A stretch of 40,593 nucleotides of DNA from a virus (lineage: Duplodnaviria; Caudoviricetes), in IMG/VR virus record IMGVR_UViG_3300030376_006134, positions 1 to 40,593 of that record. The stretch is one strand, 5' to 3'. The notes beneath the pieces are model-generated. The model worked only from the letters and a program-made list of their open reading frames with translations. It made no database searches and had not been told where the DNA came from. Both the position numbers and the translations under genes were made by a program. Numbering within the stretch: position 1 is the stretch's first letter; every line of letters begins with the position of its first letter. This document shows positions 27,676 to 36,400 of the stretch, one piece after another.

Positions 27676-28920
27676 ATGAACAGAGAATTTTTAAAAGAGG
27701 CTATCGCCGATGCAAAAGCTGTTAAAGAAACTGCTATTGCAAATGCTAAAGCTGCTTTAGAAGAATCTTTCACACCTCACCTTAAAACTATGCTATCAGC
27801 TAAACTTGAAGAAATGGAAAAAGATGCCATGAAAGAAGAAGATGATACTATGAGAGAAGAGGATGATACTATGAGAGAAGAAGAAAAAGTAGATGAAGCA
27901 AAAGATTCTGACAAAATGGAAGAAAAGAAAGAATACATGACCAAAAAAGAAAAACGCGAAGGTGACGATCGTAAGTCTGATAATAAGGCTGAGACTGAAA
28001 CTGAAAAAATGCGTAAGATTAAAGAGGAAGATGATTCTAACTTAGATGAAGTTTTAGCAGAATTAAAAGACGAATTAGATGAAAATAAGAGAACTGACGC
28101 CGAAGAAGAAGGATACAAAGATGGTATCGAAGACGCTAAGGATGACATGGAAAAAAAGATTAAAAAAATCGAATTAGAAGAAGACGAACGTACTGATGCT
28201 GAAGAAGAAGGATATCTTGACGGTATGGAGGACGAGAAAGCTGATATGGATGATGAAGAAATTGATCTTGAAGACATGACAGATGATGATCTTAAAAAGT
28301 TTATCGAAGACGTAATTTCAGATATGGTCGCTGCTGGTGAATTAGAAGCAGGCGAAGATTTTGAAGTTGAAGATGAAGTTGAAGTTGAGGATGATGTTGA
28401 TGTTGAAATTTCTGAAGAAGAAAAAGTAGATGAAGATATAACAATCGATGAAGACGCAAGAACTGACGCTGAAGAAGAAGGATACAAAGATGGTATCAAA
28501 GACGCTAAAGCAGACGCTAAAAAGGAAATTGACGCAATTAAACTTGAAGAAAAAGAGGATGAACTAAAAGAAGCTTATGCTACTGTTGAAACTCTAAGAA
28601 ATGAGTTAAATGAAATTAATTTACTTAATGCAAAACTATTATATACTAACAAGATTTTCAAATCTAAAAATTTAACTGAGCACAACAAAGTTAAAGTTTT
28701 AACTTCTTTTGACAAAGCTGAAACTGTTAAAGAAGCAAAATTAATATACGAAACATTAAAAGATGGACTAACTGAGAAAAAAGTTAAGAAAACTGTTAAT
28801 GAAAGTATAAGTATGGCTTCTAAATCAGTTGGTATTGGTCCAAAGAAAGTTGATGCTAAACCAATTGTTGAATCTAGTCAGATGGTAGATAGATTTAAGA
28901 AACTTGCAGGTATAATTTAG
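27676..28920 (+). CDS. Prohead core/scaffolding protein
   Basis: Very acidic helical protein between protease and capsid gene; ends RFKKLAGII; many L/I-x-E sites. Confidence 0.85.
   Translation: MNREFLKEAIADAKAVKETAIANAKAALEESFTPHLKTMLSAKLEEMEKDAMKEEDDTMREEDDTMREEEKVDEAKDSDKMEEKKEYMTKKEKREGDDRKSDNKAETETEKMRKIKEEDDSNLDEVLAELKDELDENKRTDAEEEGYKDGIEDAKDDMEKKIKKIELEEDERTDAEEEGYLDGMEDEKADMDDEEIDLEDMTDDDLKKFIEDVISDMVAAGELEAGEDFEVEDEVEVEDDVDVEISEEEKVDEDITIDEDARTDAEEEGYKDGIKDAKADAKKEIDAIKLEEKEDELKEAYATVETLRNELNEINLLNAKLLYTNKIFKSKNLTEHNKVKVLTSFDKAETVKEAKLIYETLKDGLTEKKVKKTVNESISMASKSVGIGPKKVDAKPIVESSQMVDRFKKLAGII
28090..28512 (+). repeat. Three copies of RTDAEEEGY(K/L)DG in scaffold
   Basis: Copies start near 28090, 28189 and 28459. 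Confidence 0.85.
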
Positions 28921-28961
28921 AAACGAAATTAATTATTAACGATATTTAAAAAATTTAAAAA

Positions 28962-30617
28962 ATGTCACAATTAAACACTTTATTAGAAAGCGCTAATCCT
29001 TACAAGTCATTACAAAGTGATGCAGCAAGATTAGCTTCCAAGTGGGCCAAAACAGGTTTACTTGAAGGTTTAAGTGAGGTTGATAGCAACAATATGTCAT
29101 TGTTACTTGAAAATCAAGCTAAACAACTAGTAACTGAAACTTCTACTACAGGTGGAGGTGCAGGTGCTGGTACATTTACTCCTGGTACAGGAGCACAGTG
29201 GGCGGGCGTTGCTCTTCCATTAGTAAGAAAGGTATTTGGTCAAATCGCAGCAAAAGAATTTGTTTCGGTTCAACCAATGAACCTTCCTTCAGGTCTAGTA
29301 TTTTATTTAGATTTCCAGTATGGTACTACTAAGTCACCATTTACTGCTGGTAATTCTATGTATGGTACTACTGACCCAGCTGGTACGTTTGGTAATACAA
29401 ACGCAGGTGGTCTTTATGGTGCTGGTAGATATTCATACTCTACTCAAACAACTGAGTCGACAATATCTCCTGTTACACAACAATCTGCATCTTGGGATGA
29501 TGCTAATTATGATGGAGGACTTTCATCATCAGGTACTTTCTTTGGTGCTACTCCTGCTTATACATTATTATTTGTACCTACTTCATCTATAGATGCTAAT
29601 TTTGATACAGAGGCAATCAGATCATTTCAAATTTTCTCTGAATCAGTAAATGTAACAGCTTATCCACAATTCACAAAACTTACTACACAGTCAGGTTCAG
29701 GTGATACTTGTGTTCAATTCCTTATTAATGCTGATGATGTAACAGTAAATGGATTCTTTGATGGTGGTATTTCTTACTCTTTACAACCAACTGATGCTGA
29801 CAGAGGTGACTTTGAAGATGGAAACACTAACTTAAACGGTAATAATGCTAATCCTATTACTATTCCTCAAGTTAATGTTCAGATGTCAAGTGAAGCTATT
29901 GTAGCTAAAACTAAAAAATTGAAAGCTGTTTGGACTCCTGAGTTTGCTCAAGATTTAAATGCTTACCATTCTTTAGATGCTGAAGCTGAATTGACTTCAA
30001 TTATGAGTGAGTACATTTCATTAGAAATTGATCTAGAGATCATGGATATGTTAATTGAATCTGCTAACGCAGGAACTGAAGTATGGTCAGCAATTAACAA
30101 CCAATCAATTGCTCAAGATGCTAATGGAACTGAAACTAATTTAGGTTTCTATAATTCACAAGGACAATGGTTCCAAACTTTAGGAACTAAAATCCAAAAA
30201 TTATCTAACATTATTCACCAGAAAACTCTTAGAGGTGGAGCAAGTTTCTTAGTTTGTTCTCCAACTATAGGAACAATATTAGAAAGTATCCCAGGATTCG
30301 CTGCTGCTTCTGATGGTGATGCTGCTAAAGCTTCTTACGCATTTGGTGTACAGAAAGTTGGTCAGTTAAATGGTAGATATCAAGTGTATAAGAATCCTTA
30401 TATGACTGAAAACCAAATCTTACTAGGATACAGAGGTTCACAATTCTTGGAAGCTGGTGCAGTATTTGCTCCATACATTCCATTAATTATGACTCCAATG
30501 GTATATGATCCTAACACTTTCACTCCACGTAAAGGTCTATTGACTCGTTACGCTAAGAAAATGTTAAGACCAGAATATTATGGTTTAATTAAATGTTCAG
30601 GATTAAACACTATTTAA
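28962..30617 (+). CDS. Major capsid protein (T4 gp23-like)
   Basis: KWAKTGLLEG, LLENQ, VSVQPMNLPSGLVFYL, KLKAVWTPEFAQDL.AYH.LDAEAEL, APYIPL, FTPRKGLLTRY. Confidence 0.97.
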   Translation: MSQLNTLLESANPYKSLQSDAARLASKWAKTGLLEGLSEVDSNNMSLLLENQAKQLVTETSTTGGGAGAGTFTPGTGAQWAGVALPLVRKVFGQIAAKEFVSVQPMNLPSGLVFYLDFQYGTTKSPFTAGNSMYGTTDPAGTFGNTNAGGLYGAGRYSYSTQTTESTISPVTQQSASWDDANYDGGLSSSGTFFGATPAYTLLFVPTSSIDANFDTEAIRSFQIFSESVNVTAYPQFTKLTTQSGSGDTCVQFLINADDVTVNGFFDGGISYSLQPTDADRGDFEDGNTNLNGNNANPITIPQVNVQMSSEAIVAKTKKLKAVWTPEFAQDLNAYHSLDAEAELTSIMSEYISLEIDLEIMDMLIESANAGTEVWSAINNQSIAQDANGTETNLGFYNSQGQWFQTLGTKIQKLSNIIHQKTLRGGASFLVCSPTIGTILESIPGFAAASDGDAAKASYAFGVQKVGQLNGRYQVYKNPYMTENQILLGYRGSQFLEAGAVFAPYIPLIMTPMVYDPNTFTPRKGLLTRYAKKMLRPEYYGLIKCSGLNTI

Positions 30618-30641
30618 TAGTAGTTTAACATATTTTTAAAG

Positions 30642-30668
30642 AAGCCCCGCATTAGCGGGGCTTTTTTT
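30642..30668 (+). terminator. Intrinsic terminator after capsid gene
   Basis: AAGCCCCGC-ATTA-GCGGGGCTT followed by T run. Confidence 0.9.
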
Positions 30669-30675
30669 ATGATTA

Positions 30676-30710
30676 TTTGTTTACCTAATAGATAAATTGT
30701 ATATTTATAA
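30676..30710 (+). promoter_or_regulatory. TTTG-N20-TATATTTATAA putative promoter
   Basis: TTTG 30676, TATATT 30700, TATTTATAA 30702-30710; precedes ATG 30736. Confidence 0.6.
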
Positions 30711-30735
30711 TAAAACAAAAATAATAAGTTTTAAT

Positions 30736-31650
30736 ATGAAAGAAACACCATCACAGTTACCGATTCAAAGTTACTTAATGAATTTTCCATTTACTTTTTC
30801 TACAAACGATCCTAACAATGTTTGGATGAAAGAAATGTCTAAAGAAGAATTATCTATAAATCGTCCTAAAGCCTATAAACAATTTATGGATCTTTATAAT
30901 TTTATGGCAGGTCAATCATTAGTACACCTATTACCATCAGAAGGTAATTTTCAAGATTTAGTTTATGTTGCAAATTTAGGATTACATTTACCCCATATTT
31001 GTAAAGAAAATCATATATTATTATCTAATTACACATCACCTCCAAGACAGGGTGAAGAGTATGTTGGTGAAAAATTCTTTAATCAAATGGGTTATAAAAC
31101 TAATATATCTCCTTATAAATGGGAAGGTGAAGCTGATATAAAATATTTAAAAGATAATGTTTATATTGGTGGATATGGTATTAGATCTGATATTAAAACT
31201 TATGAATGGATGGAAGAAAATTTTGATATGAAAATTATTAAAGTTAAAATGACAGATGAATATATGTACCACCTAGACTGCAGTATTTTCCCGTTAAATA
31301 ATAATAAATCTATGGTTTGTACTGAATTATATGATAAAGAAGAGTTAGCCAATATATCACGCTATACTGATATAGTAGATATAAATGTTAATGATTCAAC
31401 TTATGGAATGGCAAATTCAGTTAGATTAGGAAATATGATTTTATGTGCCTCTAATATTTCAGAACTAAAAAGAACAGATGAATTTTACGAAGGTGAAAAA
31501 CATAAAATTACTTCATTAGAAAAAATATGTTCAGATGAAGGAATGGAACCTGTAATATTTAATTTATCAGAATATATGAAATCAGGAGCTATGTTATCTT
31601 GTATGGTAATGCATTTAAATAGAGTAGATCATTTTAAAACACTCATTTAA
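30736..31650 (+). CDS. Amidinotransferase/arginine deiminase/DDAH (pentein) family enzyme
   Basis: DLVYVAN, RQGE, WEGEAD, YHLDC and C-terminal SGAMLSCM; ATG 30736 preferred to TTG 30697. Confidence 0.85.
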   Translation: MKETPSQLPIQSYLMNFPFTFSTNDPNNVWMKEMSKEELSINRPKAYKQFMDLYNFMAGQSLVHLLPSEGNFQDLVYVANLGLHLPHICKENHILLSNYTSPPRQGEEYVGEKFFNQMGYKTNISPYKWEGEADIKYLKDNVYIGGYGIRSDIKTYEWMEENFDMKIIKVKMTDEYMYHLDCSIFPLNNNKSMVCTELYDKEELANISRYTDIVDINVNDSTYGMANSVRLGNMILCASNISELKRTDEFYEGEKHKITSLEKICSDEGMEPVIFNLSEYMKSGAMLSCMVMHLNRVDHFKTLI

Positions 31651-32381
31651 TGGCTCAAAAATTAGAAGATTGGTTAAATAGTGAAGTTGCAGAATTATCT
31701 AAACTCCCTATTGGTGAATTAAGTAATACATTTTTCTTTAGAGATCCATTAAGACCAACTTATATAGATAATGAACATTTTTATAGTCCTGCTGATGGGA
31801 CTATTTTATATCAAAAAGTAGTTTTACCTGGAGCACCTTGTTGTGAAAATATTGTGGAAATAAAAGGTAAAAACTATACACTACAGGATGTAATGGGTGA
31901 TAAAGATTATAATAAACCCTCTTTAGTTATAGGAATATTTATGTCATTTTATGATGTTCATATAAATAGAATTCCTTATAGTGGAATATTAAAATATAAT
32001 CGTTTAGAACCTATAGAATCAACAAATAAACCTATGTTAGCTGTTGAAAAGGATATTTTAAATAAAGTAATTAATCCTAATAATATGGATTACTTAAAAT
32101 ATAATGAAAGAGTACTTAATACAGTTTATAATTCAACATTAGATTATACATACCATATAGTACAAATTGCAGATGAAGATGTAAATGTTATAGCACCCTT
32201 TAAACAGCAAGGTGATTTATGTACTCAAAATGAAAGATTTAGTTTAATAAGATGGGGATCACAAGTAGATTTAGTTTTACCTATTGATAAAAGATTTTCA
32301 TTTGAGTTATTATTAAAAGAAACAATGCATGTAAATGCGGGATTAGATAAATTAATTAAAATAAATTATGCCAAAACCTAA
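31650..32381 (+). CDS. Phosphatidylserine decarboxylase-like pyruvoyl proenzyme
   Basis: FFRDP.R, SPADG, IFMSFYDVHINRIP, RWGSQVD self-cleavage motif. Confidence 0.85.
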   Translation: MAQKLEDWLNSEVAELSKLPIGELSNTFFFRDPLRPTYIDNEHFYSPADGTILYQKVVLPGAPCCENIVEIKGKNYTLQDVMGDKDYNKPSLVIGIFMSFYDVHINRIPYSGILKYNRLEPIESTNKPMLAVEKDILNKVINPNNMDYLKYNERVLNTVYNSTLDYTYHIVQIADEDVNVIAPFKQQGDLCTQNERFSLIRWGSQVDLVLPIDKRFSFELLLKETMHVNAGLDKLIKINYAKT

Positions 32382-33033
32382 TATTTCAAAAACACCCCCT
32401 AAAGGAGCAGTAAGATTTTCTTTAAGTCTATCTGAAGAACAAAAAAAAGCAAAAGCCCAAATATTAAAACATCCTTTTAATTTTATAGTTGGCAAAGCAG
32501 GATCAGGTAAAACCTTATTAGCAGTACAAGTTGCTTTAGATCAATTTTTTAAAAGACAATGTAATAAAATTATTATTACAAGACCTACAATATCTACAGA
32601 AGATAATGGTTTCCTCCCAGGATCTGAAAGAGAAAAAATGGAGCCATGGTTAGTACCAATTCGTTCTAATATGAGAAAAGTTTATAATAAGCCTGTAATA
32701 TTAGAAAAAATGGAGAGAGAAGAACAAATTGAATTAGTTTCATTAGCACATTTTAGAGGTAGAACATTTGATAATGCTATTGTTATTGTAGATGAATTTC
32801 AAAATTTAACTCGTTCTCAATTAGCAATGGCTATTGGTAGATTAGGTAAAGATTCTAAAATGCTGTTTTGTGGGGATTCATATCAAATGGATTTAAAAGA
32901 TAAAAATTATTCTGCATATCATGATATGGCTAAATTAATAAATTCTAAATATGTTCATAAATGTGTTTTACAAGATAACCACAGACATGATGCAATTGAT
33001 GATTTATTAGAATTATTGAACGGATACCATTGA
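32368..33033 (+). CDS. phoH: PhoH-family ATPase
   Basis: GKAGSGKT, IIITRP, GFLPG, FRGRTFD, VDEFQN, GRLG, GD..Q.D. Confidence 0.92.
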   Translation: MPKPNISKTPPKGAVRFSLSLSEEQKKAKAQILKHPFNFIVGKAGSGKTLLAVQVALDQFFKRQCNKIIITRPTISTEDNGFLPGSEREKMEPWLVPIRSNMRKVYNKPVILEKMEREEQIELVSLAHFRGRTFDNAIVIVDEFQNLTRSQLAMAIGRLGKDSKMLFCGDSYQMDLKDKNYSAYHDMAKLINSKYVHKCVLQDNHRHDAIDDLLELLNGYH

Positions 33034-33051
33034 TTTAATTTTTTTCTATAA

Positions 33052-33060
33052 TATTTATAA
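33052..33060 (+). promoter_or_regulatory. TATTTATAA putative late promoter
   Basis: Intergenic, before ATG 33069. Confidence 0.6.
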
Positions 33061-33068
33061 CAAAAATT

Positions 33069-33479
33069 ATGGCAGCAGGTCGATATTCTTTTGTTATAGA
33101 ACAAGGTGCAACAACTGATTTTGAGGTAGTTTACAATGATAATGATTGTAATCCTATAGATTTAGAGGGATATACTGCAAGAATGTCTATTAGACAATCT
33201 CAAAATAGAAATAGTGAATTATATATTACTTTAAGTAGTAGTTTAGGCCCCTGTGGAACAGGATTAAATTTAAGTGGTTCAGTATCGAGTGCAGGTTATC
33301 CAAAACCCTTAACATCAGGGTCTATAGGAATTTATATTTCAGCAGCATCTTCATCACAATTAACTTTCCATGAAGGACATTATGATTTAGAACTAATATC
33401 TGGAAGTGGAGATTGTGCTACAGTAACAAGATTACTTATGGGTCAAGTAAGATTATCAAATGAAGTAACAAATTCATAA
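33069..33479 (+). CDS. Virion structural beta-sandwich protein (possible fibre adaptor)
   Basis: IEQGAT...IDLEGYTARMSIR...YDLEL...RLLMG.V pattern; precedes fibre gene. Confidence 0.6.
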   Translation: MAAGRYSFVIEQGATTDFEVVYNDNDCNPIDLEGYTARMSIRQSQNRNSELYITLSSSLGPCGTGLNLSGSVSSAGYPKPLTSGSIGIYISAASSSQLTFHEGHYDLELISGSGDCATVTRLLMGQVRLSNEVTNS

Positions 33480-33487
33480 ATAATTAT

Positions 33488-36400
33488 ATGAGCAAGTGCG
33501 GATCAAATTGTGGGTGTAATAAATGCAAGGGTTTAGTTATAAAAAGTGATACTAATAAAGTTAACTTAAATGACGTAAACTCTAAAATTATTGTTAAAGA
33601 TGACAATAAATGTACCAAGGTCGATGTAACTGCTCCAACAACAAAAATAGTTAAAGTTGCTACTCCTGGTCTTAGGGGTCAACAAGGTATTCAAGGTATT
33701 ACAGGTGCTGGAACCCAAGGTATTCAAGGTAGCACAGGTGCACAAGGTATTCAAGGTATTACAGGTGCTGGAACTCAAGGTATTCAGGGTATTACAGGTG
33801 CTCAAGGTACTACTGGAGCTCAAGGTTCTCAAGGTGTTCAAGGTACTACAGGAACACAAGGTAGTACTGGAACACAAGGTATTACAGGAGCTCAAGGTAC
33901 TCAAGGTACTACAGGTACACAGGGTGTTCAAGGTACTACAGGAAGTCAAGGTATTCAGGGTATCACAGGTGCCCAAGGTACTCAAGGTACAACTGGTGCA
34001 CAGGGTGTAGTTGGTACCCAAGGTATACAAGGTATTACTGGACCACAAGGCATACAAGGCATACAAGGTGTACAAGGTTTAGATGGTGCTTTTGCAGGTC
34101 AAGGTGTTCAAGGTATACAAGGTATACAAGGCATACAAGGTATACAAGGTGCAGATGGTACACAAGGTACAGATGGTACTCAGGGTATACAAGGTATACA
34201 AGGTACACAAGGTGTAGATGGTAATTTTGGTGGTGCTTGTTTTGATTATACATTTGATTCAACTACAACATCAGGAGATCCTGGTTCTGGGGGTGTAAGA
34301 TTAAATAATGCTACCCAAAATGCATCAAATGAAATGTATATTGATGTTGAAGATGATGATGGAAACAGTATTAATTCCTTTATGAATTCAATACTAGCTG
34401 TTACTTCAACAATTAAAGGTCATGTTAAAATTACTAATAGAACAGACGCAACTCAATTTTTATTATTTTCAATTTCAAATCTATCACAATCTGGTGGAGG
34501 TACTGGTTTTTGGACTATTAATTTAACTAATACTGCATTTTCAGCTGCAGCCCCTTTTACAAATTCAGAAGATGTATTAATTTGTTTTCAAACAACTGGT
34601 GATAAAGGAGATACAGGAGCACAAGGTATACAAGGTATAACTGGTGCACAAGGTATAACAGGATCTCAAGGTCTTACAGGAACACAAGGTACAGATGGTA
34701 CGCAAGGTACAGATGGTACACAAGGTATTCAAGGTACAACAGGTTCTCAAGGTCTTACAGGAACACAAGGTACAAATGGTACACAAGGTACTCAGGGAAC
34801 TACAGGTTCACAAGGTGTTACAGGTTCTCAAGGTAATACAGGAACACAAGGTACAAATGGAACACAAGGTACTCAAGGAACTACAGGTTCTCAAGGTGTT
34901 CAAGGTACTACAGGTACTCAAGGTACAGATGGTACACAAGGTATTACGGGTACACAAGGTATACAAGGTATAATAGGTACTCAAGGTATTACAGGATCGC
35001 AAGGTACAGATGGTGCACAAGGTATTCAAGGTATTCAAGGTATTCAAGGTGCAACTGGTGCACAAGGTACAGATGGTACACAAGGTACAGATGGTACACA
35101 AGGTATACAAGGTATAACAGGTGCCCAAGGAATTCAAGGAATAGATGGTACACAAGGTATTCAAGGTATACAAGGCATACAAGGTATTCAAGGTATACAA
35201 GGTTTAGATGGTGCATTTGCAGGTCAAGGTGTTCAAGGTATTCAAGGTATACAAGGTATTCAAGGTATTCAAGGTGCAGATGGTACTCAAGGAATAACAG
35301 GTGCTCAAGGAACTCAAGGTATTCAAGGTACAGATGGTACACAAGGTACAGATGGTACACAAGGTACAGATGGTACACAAGGTACAGATGGTACACAAGG
35401 TACACAAGGTATTCAAGGTATAACAGGTGCGGGAACACAAGGTACAACAGGAACACAAGGTATTCAAGGTATTACTGGAGCTCAGGGTATTCAAGGTATA
35501 ATAGGTACTCAAGGTATTACAGGATCGCAAGGTACAGATGGTGCACAAGGTATTCAAGGTATAACGGGAACTCAAGGTACAGATGGTACACAAGGTACAG
35601 ATGGTACACAAGGTACAGATGGTACACAAGGTATACAAGGCATTCAAGGTATTCAAGGTACAGATGGTACACAAGGTACCGATGGTACTCAAGGTATTCA
35701 AGGTATAACAGGTGCTCAAGGAACTCAAGGTATTCAAGGTACAGATGGTACACAAGGTACAGATGGTACACAAGGTACAGATGGTACACAAGGTATTCAA
35801 GGTATAACTGGTACACAAGGTATTCAAGGTACAGATGGTACACAAGGTATACAAGGTATACAAGGTATTCAAGGTGCACAAGGTGCAACTGGTGCACAAG
35901 GTATACAAGGTATTACTGGTATTCAAGGTACAACAGGAACACAGGGTATTCAAGGTATAACTGGTGCACAAGGAATTCAAGGTATTCAAGGTATTCAAGG
36001 TATTCAAGGTGCAACTGGTGCACAAGGTGTACAAGGTATTCAAGGTACAATAGGTACACAAGGAACTGATGGTGGATTTGGGGGAGCTTGTTTTGATTAT
36101 ACTTTTGATTCATCTACAACAAATTCAGATCCAGGAACAGGAAAAGTAAGATTAAATTCAGCAGTTGGTTCAGCAGCAGGACAAAAAGGTGCTACTGAAA
36201 TGTATGTTGACATTGAAGATGATGGTGGTACATCTATTCAAAATTTCCTAGCAGCTATAGATGCAAATACATCAGCAGTTAAAGGTCATGTAAAAATTAT
36301 AAATAAATCAGATGCAACTCAATTTTTATTATTTAGTATACCAGATTTAGATGATAATACAGGTTATTGGACAATAGGTTTAGTTAACCAAGCATTTTCT

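Noticed and set aside
27777-28499. 240-aa Ser-rich minus-strand ORF
   Set aside because: Antisense shadow of GAA/GAT-rich scaffold codons
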